A DNA stretch of 64,000 bases. It comes from Octopus sinensis (taxonomy: Eukaryota). Location of the stretch: the NCBI RefSeq assembly GCF_006345805.1, contig NC_043003.1, positions 62,558,001 to 62,622,000 of the forward strand. Direction: 5' to 3'. The translations under genes and the position numbers were made by a program. Below, piece after piece: positions 1-12,167 of the stretch. The first letter of the stretch is position 1, and each line of letters starts with the position of its first letter. Below the pieces are notes generated by a model, which was not told the DNA's origin, made no database searches, and worked only from the letters and a program-made list of their open reading frames with translations.

Positions 1-89
1 CTGTGGGCAAGTGTCTTTCTACTATAATCCCAGGCTCACCAAAGTTTTGTGAGTAGATTTAATTGACTGGAACTAAAAGCAGCCTGTCT

Positions 90-140
<51 letters not shown>

Positions 141-954
141 TATGTATATGTATGTGTATATATAAGACAAGGTATTACTAATAGGCTTTACATATTTTTT
201 CATTCTTGCAAAAAAGCTGTTAGTTGAATTTATAAGAATAAAGAAATATGTAAAGACCATTATTTATACCTTGTCTTGTATATGACTGCATAAACAACAG
301 TTTTTAACTGGGAATACAACCATGGATTTACAGTAGAGAATGGAGATGAACTATAACCTTGGACCCTGCCATAAGCATATACAGAGTTCTTTACTAATCT
401 AAAACATTTTGTTAGCCTTGTGTATTTGTATTAACACAGAGCTTATAAAGTATTTGATAATCCCTTATTAATAACTGTTTATATATATAATATATAATGA
501 AATGATTGTATACAGTGCTCAGGTGCACCACAACTCATCAATAGTACGTATAAAGCATATGCAGCAATGTACAAATATCTGGGAAGTAAACAGTGTATGA
601 GTCAGATACATGCTTGCATGTGTATGGAGGGGAGAAAATCAGATGGAGTGTTGGCAAATCTCAGGAAGCATGGGAGGCACCCAAAGGGCTAGGTTAGGGT
701 TAATGTTAAACTATAAGTGTTAAACTATATATGTTATAACATATAAGGTGTTGTGAAAGACGTGTCTAACTATGGGGAAATATTACCTTATTAAGTAACT
801 GGTGAAAGTTTTCAACAGGAAGGGCTACAGAAAATCTATCTCAGCAAATTCCACCTGACTCATGCAAAAGGGGGAAACTTAAATGACAATAACAGTGAGA
901 ATTAGTTTACAGAACTGTAAGAATATTGGACTGGTTCTTTTGCAGTATATATCA

Positions 955-1438
955 AAATTGTAGTCGTGGCCAGTGCTGCCTGACTGGTACCTATGCTGGT
1001 GGCATGAAATAAGTACCATTCGAGTGTGGGTTGATGATAATGCTGCCTGACTGGCTCCCTGTGCCTGTGGAATGTAAAAATCACCATCCGAATGTTGTTG
1101 ATGCCAGTGCTCGCTGACTGGCTCCCATGCCAGTGGCATGTAAAAAGCACCATGTGAACGTGGTTGATACCAGTACCCTCTTACTGGCTCGCATGCTGGT
1201 GGCACATAAAAAGCACCATCCAAACATAGTCAGTGCTAGTGCCTCTTGACTGGCTCTCATGCTGGTGGCACATAAAAGGCACCCACTACACTCTCTGAGT
1301 GGTTGGCATCCAGCTCTAGAAACATTACCAGATCAGATTGGAGCATGGCACAGCCTCCTGGTTTGCCATACCTCAGTCAAAATGTCCAACCCATGCCAGC
1401 ATGGAAAACGGACGTTAAACAATGTTGATGATGATGAT
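955..1438 (+). mobile_element. 5'-truncated RTE 3' UTR copy
   Basis: Repeated GGTGGCA(C/T)GTAAAAAGCACC units, CACCCACTACACTC, CCATGCCAGCATGG and (GAT)n, as in 50400-50755. Confidence 0.85.
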
Positions 1439-1821
1439 TCCTCTATTTTCTTTTGGTTCTGAGTTCAAATCCTATCATGGCTTGCTTGAGTGGTAGTCTG
1501 ACTTCATTGTCCAGTTTAACACTAACCCTAACCTGGCCCTTTGGGTGCCTTTACCAGAATCTATTCTGTTGCAATCATTTGGGTTAGATTTCTGGTCTGA
1601 GGTTGCCATCTTCCTGTCATCTCTGAGTCTTGACAGTTCTGTAATGGATCATGGGCTCCTGACTAAAAAAAAATAAAGATTAAAAAGAGAAGTCAGCATG
1701 ATTAAACAATAAGTAAATTGAGAATGTATTGGTGACATTCATTACAGGGGAAGACCTATCTTGCTTGTATAGGCATGATGAAACAGGTGTTAGAAATTTG
1801 TATACATATGTGTATATATAT

Positions 1822-2252
1822 CAGCTGGATGGAGGGTGACACTCTTGCAAAGGTAGTTTTCTATGCTGAACTGTGTTAGGGCAAGTGGAACCATGGTGGC
1901 CAGAGGTTGCAATACAGAGGTGTGCTGAAAAAATATATGAAGAACTCCAGGATCTCTCTAGATACCTGAGAGGAGAAGACCCTGCTGCACGATGAATGGC
2001 TCCAGTTACTGAAGCTTGTATTTCCAGCCATTGAAGAGAAACAACAGACAGAATATGAAAGAGCACATGAGAAGTACAACTTCTCTATTGTATCAAATAA
2101 CTTCACCCACAGCAACAGATGTCATTGCTGTTCAGTTCAAAAGCAGGTCTTGTAGCCCACATTTGAGCCTGGCAGAGATGATTACTGAACAAGATCAGTC
2201 AACATCGACCTACAATGGACAGCAGCAGCAGCAGAAGAAGAAGAAGAAGAAG
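1822..2252 (+). mobile_element. Old RTE (BovB-like) 3' fragment with (CAG)/(AAG)n tail
   Basis: Translation LAKVVFYAEL.*GKWNHGGQRLQYRGVLK resembles the RTE C-terminal LPKxxxYGEL..GxRxxGGQxKRYKD motif. Confidence 0.7.
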
Positions 2253-2604
2253 GGTAAGTGTATAAATGTATATGAAAGTATATATACATATGATTATGTA
2301 CATGAGCATATATATACATGTGTGTGTGTGTGTGTGTGTGTTTGTTGCTATGTTTGGTCTCCTTGAAAGCCTCTCACCCCTCTAACTCATCAGTTACTCA
2401 CTTCTCAAATCAGACATCCTTCTTATAACTGACCTGTCTCTCACAAAGCCAAAAAAGAAACTTGCAAGCAAAATGTTGTCCCTTAACCGTTATGACGACA
2501 ATGATGATGATGATATACATACATATATATTTATATATAATAAAGTAAAAAGTCAAAAGTAAAAGAGTCAAAAGGAAGATTAACTGCAGTTAGGCAGCTT
2601 TTTA

Positions 2605-2723
2605 ATCACTACAAATGTTTCAATACATACAGATCTTCATATATACAGGATTTAAAGTTCAGTTTGAATTAAATTATGTAACAATTTACCTGTACAAGAT
2701 CTATATATATCTTCCCAGGCGAT
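2605..2723 (-). ncRNA. Decayed type I hammerhead ribozyme with long stem II (Penelope-LTR-like fragment ~2540-3050)
   Basis: Minus strand: AUCGC-CUGGGAA-[GAUAUAUAUAGAUCUU...AAGAUCUGUAUGUAUU]-GAAACAUUUGUA-GUGAU. Stems I and II pair; the core has 2 mismatches to CUGANGA. Confidence 0.45.
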
Positions 2724-3092
2724 ACTCAGTTGCTGTCTCCGTAAGTAAATTTAGATTTCCATGCTACAACATCCATGGCTTCTTCTTTGAAACTAACAAA
2801 TGCTGATGATTTCAATTCGCTCGGTATCACATTCAAAATGAGCTCGGTATCACATTCAATGTGCACGTTGTCTGTTTATTTATTCAGTTTCAACATGTTA
2901 TTCTGCACATGCCAAACTGTACCATTACCCAAAATACATTCATCCATCAGTTCATACTTATACAATTACTTACACACCAATACACCATACATCACTGAGT
3001 GTTTCCATACATACACACTCACACACACACACACACACCTCAACTGACTATATGTATATATACATATATATATGTGTGCATATGTGTGTAAA

Positions 3093-3425
3093 TGGTAAAG
3101 ACCCCCTTCGGTCATAAATGACCATGGGATTGCACCGAAAAATTAACCCTCCAAAGCACAAGTCCAGGCAAGGTTGTTTATGGGAGACCAGCAGTCACCC
3201 ATGCATACCGGCCTCCCCTCTCCATACCACCAATGTTAACCAAGGGAACGGCAAAGGCCAATACAGCTTGGCACCAGTGATGTCACAACTCATTTCTACA
3301 GCTGAGTGAACAGGAGCAATGGGAAATAAAGTGTCTTGCTCAAGAACGCAAAACACAACCTGGTCCCGGAATCGAACTCACTACCTCATGATTGTGAGCC
3401 TGACATTCTAATCACTGCACCATGC
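3093..3425 (-). mobile_element. tRNA-derived SINE family C
   Basis: A/B-box-like head (GAGTTCGATTCC), then CTTGAGCAAGACACTT and CACTCAGCTG...AAATGAGT. Confidence 0.75.
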
Positions 3426-3564
3426 TACTGTAAAGTCACTTCTTCAAGATGCTACACAATGAGACAGAACTCAAGATTGCATGGTAACAAAGCGAACACT
3501 GTATCCACACAGCCATAGCTCCTGCTACCATACGTTCATCCTTTTATTAAATTATTATATATAT

Positions 3565-4351
3565 CATCTTTTAACTTTTACTGGTTTCAATCATTAGACT
3601 GTAGCCAGGCTGGGGCACTGCCTCCTCAAACAATTTTAGTTGAACGAATCGCCTCCTAGTACTTAATTTTCTTTAAAGCCTGGTACATATTCTATTTGTC
3701 ACTTTTGCTGAACCGGTAAGTTACAGGGATGTAAACTCACCAACACTAGTTGTCAAGTGGTGGAGGGGACAAACACAGACTCAAAGCACAAAGAAATCCC
3801 CCCTACACACACATACACACACATATACAGTAATCCCTTGACTATTGGAGGTGTTATGTTTCAAAATCCCCTGCGATAGGTGAAAATCCATGAAGTAGAA
3901 ATAGTTCTGTACTGTATTTTTTAAAAATTATTTTTATAATTTGTATATATTAATCTCCTAATATATATATGTGTGTGTGTACAAGGGAAGTATGTGAATG
4001 TTTGCATGTGTGGTAATTATGTACCTTATTTACATACAAAATACTACAATTAGTCATCATTTTTGATGGCACAGGGTCAGCTACATTTATTATAAATGCA
4101 AAGCAACACCACCAAGAATTAACATAAACTTAAATAATAAGCCGAGATAGGTGAACTGCGGTAGGTGAACCGTGATATGGCGAGGGATTACTGTATATGC
4201 ACAACGGGCTTCTTTTGGTTTCCATCTACCAAGGCTTTGGTCAGCCTGAGACTATAGCCATAGACACTTGCCCAAAGTATTACATAGTGGAGTTTAAACA
4301 GGATCTATGTAGGTGAGAAGCAAACTGTATATGACACAGCCATGCCTCCAC

Positions 4352-4352
<1 letters not shown>
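3565..4352 (-). mobile_element. SINE family A (contains MITE)
   Basis: Reverse complement of tail and head flank 3828-4193. Confidence 0.8.
3828..4193. mobile_element. Tc1/mariner/pogo-type MITE
   Basis: TIRs CAGTAATCCCTTG / CGAGGGATTACTG with TA on both sides; inserted in the microsatellite of a SINE. Confidence 0.85.
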
Positions 4353-4402
<50 letters not shown>

Positions 4403-5289
4403 AGAGTAAAATGACAATGGAAGATGATGATGAAGAGTTATATGGCTTTTGAAGACACACAGACAAACAGTCACACATACAGACATCTAGGGTGTATAAA
4501 CCATCAACATCATTGTCATTTTACACACATACATGACTGGGTATACATTTTGGAAGTTTGAATACAGGAAAAATTACTCAATACATATCTGTTAGTCAAT
4601 TTATCATTCGAAGCTGATGATTCACTCTTGTTACTACTCAGAGATTTTTGTTATGTGCGATCCCTGAGGCCATTACCCTGTCCAATTAACTATGGCAAAT
4701 CAAAATTTGTTGTATGGGTTTCAATTGGCCAAGTGCTTGATATGCATTAGATGATGGATCTGTATATCAGACATAGTAATTCACCAGGCAACATTTATAC
4801 TACAGGTATTCTTGATTAGGGCTGATATTGATCTACACAATTACATCAAGCACAGGAATATTATAGCTTGCATTCAGAATCCCAGGACTTCTGACTTCTT
4901 TTCCCGTTTTATATTTTCCTCATAGTAATTTTCCTAAGCCTGTACATATAAAAGAGAGAGATTGATAGAGGGGCAAAGTGAGAGAGAAATTGATAGAGGG
5001 ATAGAGTGAGAGAGTGAGAGAACTATCTTTACTCCCCTGTCTTCATATCTACATGGATAAAACTCATACTTGTGTATTATTATGTTATCATACAATTATA
5101 TAAAGATATTTTATGCACACATTTAATAATTGGATTAACATATAGGAGCAGGCAAGGCTGTGTGATCACAGTGTTCACTTTGTTACAACACGGCTTTGAG
5201 TTCTATCCCACTGTGTCGCATCTTGAAGAAGTGACTTTTGCTGTAGCCTTGGGTTAGAATATCACAAAAACAAAGAAACACATCTTTCA

Positions 5290-5640
5290 TATTTTATCTT
5301 TTAATTGTTTAAGTCATTGGACTGCAGCCATAGTCTTATCAAACAGATTGATCCCTGGACTTATACTGTTGGCCTCTTTTGCTAAACTGTTAAGTTACAG
5401 ACATAAATAAATCTACACCAATTATCAAGCCATGGTGGGAGACAAACACAAACACTCTTAAACACACACACACATACATTGGGCTTCTTTTAGTTTCTGT
5501 CTACCAAATCCACTCACAAGGCTTTGGTTGGCTGAGTGTATAGTAGAAGACACTTGCCCAAGGTGCCATGCAGTGTGACTGAACCTGGAACCATGTGGTT
5601 GGGAAACAAGATTCTTACCACACAGCCATACCTGCACCTA
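5290..5640 (-). mobile_element. SINE family A
   Basis: Similarity to 43336-43760. Confidence 0.8.
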
Positions 5641-6684
5641 AATATCTCAAAGTTTTTACTGGAAAAAGCACAGAATTTTAAATGAGGAATCGAAAATTTG
5701 CCTTTCCATTGGGCTGCAGTCATTGATAACGATGGCGATTATATTATTGATAAATAGTATATGATTAAACTTAACCAGCATTCGTTTTTCACTCCCTTTT
5801 ACACATACATAATTACTTTCTGAACACCTCAGTATGTGTGTGTGTGTGTGTGTTTGTTCTAAAGAGGTAACAAGAATGGAGTCAGAAAGTCTCGTTGAGT
5901 CATAAATAGGTAAAACCCTGCTTGTCTTCACACTAAGCCAGCTATCATGAAAAACTAGTGAATTGAACATTCACCAACTTCAAGCATTCTACTCTTAACA
6001 AGCTTTCATAAAATTTACTTGAGGGTAGAATTCTTTTTACCTTACACATTAAATGATAGTAGAAGATGTTAATGTTTTGTCAAAGAAGAAAATATGCTGT
6101 TATGACCTTTAAGCCTCATGTGTGGAGGCTAATTTCGAACATTCACCCTGTCCACTGAGCAAATGTCATTCAATATAGTGATCAACTGCCTAGAGACATG
6201 ATCAAAAGCAATCACCTCTATGACAGCTTTAGGTTGCCACAGACAAAAAAATAAAGGTAAAGTTCCTAGACATTATCCTCAAAGACGACATTTAAAAGTC
6301 TCTCTTGATGATTTAATACATAGAAATAAAGAGTTAAAAATTGATTTATTCAGCTCTGCTATTTTGGTCACCCTTACATTGAATATTTTCAAAACATTAC
6401 ATCACAAAACAGTTTCTTTGAAAAACACATGTAGCATTTTGGCAGTTTCCTGCACTTGAAACTTAAATGTCAGGACTTCATTCCCTTTTTGGTTGTGAAA
6501 TTTTCTAAATTTCTGCCTTGTAATTAATGAAGAATTCAATGACGATGTACTCCACATTCTCTCTGTCTGTCTGTCTCTCTCTCTTTCTCCCTCTCTCTAT
6601 TATTGTTATTATTATTACTAGTAGTACTACGTTATATTCCCCTTGGCACATGACCATTTAAAAAAATATCTGTGAGTGTGATCA

Positions 6685-6980
6685 TATATGTTGTGTGTGT
6701 GTGTGTAAACGTATATATATGTATATATATATATATATATATGTACATATATGTATGCATGTATATATGTATGTATGTATATATATACATGTGTGCGTGC
6801 TTGTATATACATGTGTATATCTATGTGTGTATACATACATACATACATACATACATACATACATACATACATACATACATACATACATACATACATGCAT
6901 GCATGCATACATACATACATGCATACATACATACATATATATATATACATACATACACGCATGCATGTATGTATATATAC
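6685..6980 (+). repeat. Compound (TA)/(TG)/(CATA)n microsatellite
   Basis: Directly visible; source of the spurious Y/I/H/T-rich ORFs. Confidence 0.95.
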
Positions 6981-7817
6981 ACTCTGTCTCTCTTCAAAAA
7001 GTAGTTATTGGTAAATATCACCAAAGTGCCTTGGGATGGTGGATCTAGAACGGTTCTTTCATTTCTAAGTGCATCTCTGATAAACTCAAAACAAATTCTG
7101 CCCTTTATAACCCTTACAAAGCCATGCAGAATATAGAATCTCATATACCTCTAAGAGCTTTCTCTCAATCTCCATCATATATATATATATACATGCACAC
7201 ATACATACACACACACACTCAGTCACACACATTTGCATTCCTCTTTTCATGCTAATGAAAGCATACACACAAATGTGCATTTATTCACCTGCAGTTTTTT
7301 TTTTTTTCAACTACAGATCCATTTGTAGTTTTAATTTTCTCTTTTACTCACTTTATCATACTTGTTGGCTTAGAAATAATTGACGGTGTCTCGGTTATTT
7401 CCTTTTATGTTGTTATTTGTGTTGACATCTTCCTCCACACTCTAACCAGCACTTGGTGTGTGGGTCATAAACAAGCCTCTCTACTTTCATTTGCTATGAA
7501 CAGTATAAGATGATCGGAGTATAAAACAATTAAAATGAAGTAGAGATAGAACAGGGAAATGAGGTTAAAAGTTGTTTTTTTTTTTTTTAATTCATTCAGC
7601 ACTTATAGAAAAATGTCATAGAATTCTATAATGAAATAGGTTTACGGGTTTGTTTGTTTTTTTTGTTACCATAAAGACCATCTAAAACTGTCTATAGAAA
7701 ATGGAATGTGTTTCCAGAAATTGGTAATTGAATGAGGGTGGGGAGGAATGAATTATTGTGCTAATGATCATCAATATACATCAGTCTTATAAACTAAAAT
7801 GGGTGCGTTCACATAAA

Positions 7818-7853
7818 CACACACACACATTCATATATATATATAATATATAT

Positions 7854-7909
<56 letters not shown>

Positions 7910-7942
7910 TATACATACATATATATACATATATATACATGC

Positions 7943-7975
<33 letters not shown>

Positions 7976-8012
7976 ATATAAACACATGCATACATACATA
8001 TATATATATATA
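7818..8012 (+). repeat. (TA)n-rich microsatellite
   Basis: Directly visible. Confidence 0.95.
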
Positions 8013-8812
8013 TAGGGTGTGGTGGGTAAATTGTTGCCACTTTATATTTTTAATTTCGCACATTTGCATCATTTGTTTTTGATTTTGTCAACTACACAGT
8101 ATAGTAGGGTCAGTTGGGCACAATCTGTGAGAAAAACAGCACCAATTCAATCAGCCAAAAATTTGAAATGATATGCTGTACTTCTTGGCATTCATGCCAG
8201 AAGTTCCAATACAAACATTTCAGAGTGTTTGGGTGTCAATCTGAGGAGAGTACAGTCTAAGGATGTGTACTGTGAGTGATAAAACCAATTAACATCATGG
8301 TGTTTGGAATGATCACTAGTGATGGCGACGTTATGCCACCATTCATCTTCCCATATGGTTCCACACACAACAGAGAGGCCTACATCAAGTGCCTGGAGGA
8401 GGTAGTGCTGCCCTGGGTCAAGAGGATGGCTGCTGGAAGACTCAATATCTGGCAACAGGACTCTGCACTATGCCACATAAGCAGGAGAACCCAGTCATGG
8501 CTGTCAAAAAATTTCTGTGACCACATCACTCCTAACATCTGGCCACCTAACTCTCAAGACTGCAACTGCCTTATTATTATGTGTGGGGTGCAGTTGAGCG
8601 AGAGACTAACAAAACTACTTGTAACACCAAAGTTGAACTGAAGGCAAGGATTATGGCAGCATTCACCAACTTAGATAAGGAGACCATACAGAGGAGTTGC
8701 AGGAGATGCCGAAGTCGTCTGCAGGCCATGGTTGAAGCCAATGGCAATTTTATTGAATAAATTTACTCTTTAGTATTTCAAGATATTTTTATGTAATTTT
8801 CGTAAATATATA
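8013..8812 (+). mobile_element. Tc1/mariner superfamily DD37D (maT-type) element remnant, internally deleted
   Basis: ORF 8276-8641: MVFGMITSDG...WQQDSALCH...WPPNSQDCN. 37 residues separate the second Asp from the position of the (frameshifted) third Asp. Begins after TA repeats. Confidence 0.8.
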
Positions 8813-8814
8813 AG

Positions 8815-8995
8815 ACATTGGCTACATTCAGTTGGTGCTTTTTATGTGCCACAGGCACGAGAGCCAGTCAGGGGGTACTGACATCGGCCACATTCAGTTC
8901 ATGCTTTTTACATGCCACTGGCATGGGAGCCAGTCAGCGAGCACTGGTCACAGCTACGATATTGGTTTTACTTGACTCAACAGGTCTTCTCAAGC

Positions 8996-8996
<1 letters not shown>
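8815..8996 (-). mobile_element. RTE 3' UTR internal fragment
   Basis: GGTGCTTTTTATGTGCCAC units match the RTE UTR. Confidence 0.7.
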
Positions 8997-9032
<36 letters not shown>

Positions 9033-9120
9033 AACAGTAAAAATAAAAATAATTACAGACATGGACAAGAACATGAAACACCAAAGAGACGACACAAGAA
9101 CCACAGGACGGGACATTCGA

Positions 9121-9187
9121 AGCCCTCAGTCATCAGTCAAGAACCAGATCATCTTAGCAATTTCGGCTGATTAATCTTGAGATTGCT
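9121..9187 (-). ncRNA. Candidate permuted (pseudoknotted) hammerhead ribozyme, copy 1
   Basis: Minus strand: AGCAA-UC-UCAAGA uuaa UCAGCC-GAAA-UUGCU (13-nt linker) UCUUGA-CUGAUGA-CUGAGGGCU. Stem III and stem I are each 6 bp perfect; stem II register is imperfect. Confidence 0.5.
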
Positions 9188-9896
9188 CCGATTTGGGCAG
9201 CCCGCCAAGGGAAATCTAAGCCAAGCGCATTAGATCCCCTGGAAGAAAGCTTCGAATGTATACAACACGAGGACGGAAAACGAACAAAGTACACGAACAA
9301 AAATACAGAATACGTGACACCAATAAGAATACAAAAACGTAAAAACAATAACGGTAAAAATAAAAAACAAAACAAAACCAGGACGTAGGACAAGGTCTTT
9401 CGACGGGACGAGTTGAGTTTAGGGCTGGCTTATGAAGTTGTGCCTAATGGCCGCAGGGAGACGAACAAATACGTGTTGCTTCGGCGACTGCTGGAACGAA
9501 AAGGGCGCTCAGCAGTGGCTAGCGGTCACGTGAGAACAAAAGACAGGAGAAAGGGACAGATGAAAAGAGAGAGAAGGTGGACGAGGGAGGAGAAGAAAGA
9601 GACAGATCGAGGGGACTGGAGGTGAGAGAGATAGAGAAACGTAGAAGGGGGGGGGGAAGACGGATGGAGAGGGAAAGAAAGGAAGGGGAATAAGGGAGGA
9701 GAGAGAGAGAGAGAAAGAGACAGATCAAGAGTCGTATCAATGCTAGAGAAAAAATATACTTATCGTATAAGGACAATTGTGGATACGTAGCCGCCGATTA
9801 TATATGTAAACAGTAAAAATAAAAATAATTACAGACATGGACAAGAACATGAAACACCAAAGAGACGACACAAGAACCACAGGACGGGACATTCGA

Positions 9897-9963
9897 AGCC
9901 CTCAGTCATCAGTCAAGAACCAGATCATCTTAGCAATTTCGGCTGATTAATCTTGAGATTGCT
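9897..9963 (-). ncRNA. Candidate permuted hammerhead ribozyme, copy 2
   Basis: Identical to 9121-9187. A third copy at 10671-10715 is truncated just before GAAA. Confidence 0.5.
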
Positions 9964-10814
9964 CCGATTTGGGCAGCCCGCCAAGGGAAATCTAAGCCAA
10001 GCGCATTAGATCCCCTGGAAGAAAGCTTCGAATGTATACAACACGAGGACGGAAAACGAACAAAGTACACGAACAAAAATACAGAATACGTGACACCAAT
10101 AAGAATACAAAAACGTAAAAACAATAACGGTAAAAATAAAAAACAAAACAAAACCAGGACGTAGGACAAGGTCTTTCGACGGACGAGTTGAGTTTAGGGC
10201 TGGCTTATGAAGTTGTGCCTAATGGCCGCAGGGAGACGAACAAATACGTGTTGCTTCGGCGACTGCTGGAACGAAAAGGGCGCTCAGCAGTGGCTAGCGG
10301 TCACGTGAGAACAAAAGACAGGAGAAAGGGACAGATGAAAAGAGAGAGAAGGTGGACGAGGGAGGAGAAGAAAGAGACAGATCGAGGGGACTGGAGGTGA
10401 GAGAGATAGAGAAACGTAGAAGGGGGGGGGGAAGACGGATGGAGAGGGAAAGAAAGGAAGGGGAATAAGGGAGGAGAGAGAGAGAGAGAAAGAGACAGAT
10501 CAAGAGTCGTATCAATGCTAGAGAAAAAATATACTTATCGTATAAGGACAATTGTGGATACGTAGCCGCCGATTATATATGTAAACAGTAAAAATAAAAA
10601 TAATTACAGACATGGACAAGAACATGAAACACCAAAGAGACGACACAAGAACCACAGGACGGACATTCGAAGCCCTCAGTCATCAGTCAAGAACCAGATC
10701 ATCTTAGCAATTTCGATATATACGCTTGACCCATGCTAGCATGGAAAACGGACGTTAAACGATGATGATGATGATGTCTGTATATACAGTGAGAGAGATA
10801 GAGATGGAGAGGAT

Positions 10815-11090
10815 TTGATTGTTGGAAACAGAAAGAAGCCCATCATGTGTGAATGTGTGTGTGATTGTGCATTTGTCTGTCCCCCACTACTGCATGACTA
10901 CTGATGTTGGTATGTTTATGTCTCTGCAACTTAGTGGTTTTGCGAAAGAGACCAATAGATTAAGTGCCAGGCTTAAAAAATAAAAATAAATACTGGTCTC
11001 AATTCATTTGACTAAAAATTCTTCAAGGCAGTGCCCCAGCATGGCCGCACTCTAATGGGTGAAACAAGTAAAAAATAAAAGGTAAAAGAT
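10815..11090 (+). mobile_element. SINE family A, 5'-truncated
   Basis: End of head plus tail. Confidence 0.75.
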
Positions 11091-11634
11091 ACATGTACGC
11101 ACACATTTATCAGTTGTTTGTTTATATTTCACTCCTTTTCTTTTTTCCTAAGCATTTGATATTTGTTCATGTTATGTCCCTAAAAATACTTTTTGCTACC
11201 CCCAATCTAGGTTTCTCAATGGGTATTTTTTTAAAATTTTCTTTAAAGCTTGGTTTCAGCAGATTCTTTTCTGTTGTTACATCTCCATGGTAACAAGCAT
11301 GTAAGGCGAAGATGTTTTTATTTATACACTTTCCTTTTTTTTTTTTTGCTCAAATCAGAACATGTGGTGTGTGTCTGAGTATGTGTATGTGTGTGTATGT
11401 GTATATGTGCGTATGTATTGTTTTTGTACTTATTTTATCTTTATTGCTTTGTTATTCTAATGGTAGGTTGCCATTGGAGTAGGATTGTTAACCCACTCAT
11501 ATCTCATACTACATATGTGGGTGGGTGACTGCTTTCTGTATTTGTCTAGCTTCTGTAATCTGTTGTAAGGTTGGGTCTTTTGGGTATCTAGAAAAAATGT
11601 TTACTGCAACATTATATACTTATACATGTATCTA

Positions 11635-11672
<38 letters not shown>

Positions 11673-12167
11673 TATGTAGGTATGTATGTATGTATGTTAT
11701 TTACACACAGAAAAAATAAATGTGTGTGTGTGAGAGAGAGAGAGCCTATCTGGACAAGTTACCCTCCCTTCAGTGTGCAGCCTATTTATGTAAATCATTT
11801 TCATAAAATTCTTAAGAGATAAGGTACAGACATGGCTGTGTGCTAAGAAATCTGCTTCTCAAACCACAGGTTCAGGTTCACTCCCACTTAACCATGGGAA
11901 CGTGTCTTCTACTGTAGCCTTGTGATTGGATCTGTGGAAAATAGAAACTGAAAGAAGGACCATCATGTGTGTGTGTGTGTGTATATGTGTTACTGTAAGG
12001 AAACAGCAACACATATACACACACACACACATACACACACACACATACACACACACACACACACACATGATAGTTGTAAGTGAATGTCACTGTCATACAA
12101 CCAGTGTCATTCATTTTCAATTTCTTATGGAAACCTATCTGATCATCTGATCTTAGGGAGTTACATT

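Larger units (their letters stand above)
9031..10715. repeat. ~776-bp tandem repeat, about 2.2 near-identical copies, embedded in a (TA)n tract (Penelope pseudo-LTR/retrozyme-like)
   Basis: Units start TAAACAGTAAAAATAAAAAT at 9031, 9807 and 10582 and differ only by 1-bp homopolymer indels. CpG-rich relative to flanks. Identical ORF-track peptides repeat. Confidence 0.95.

Noticed and set aside
2250-2262. Consensus splice donor G|GTAAGT after a Q/K-rich ORF
   Set aside because: Upstream sequence is an RTE 3' fragment with a simple-repeat tail, not a host exon.
6627-7144. Overlapping 90-117 aa ORFs rich in Y/I/H/T/C/M/V (and similar ORFs at 7.8, 20.6, 25.6 and 44 kb)
   Set aside because: Translations of TA/CA/CATA microsatellites; no coding signal.
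9031-10715. CRISPR array or coding tandem genes (repeated 70-85 aa ORFs)
   Set aside because: Units are identical with no spacers; ORFs are low-complexity products of the purine-rich repeat; eukaryotic context.
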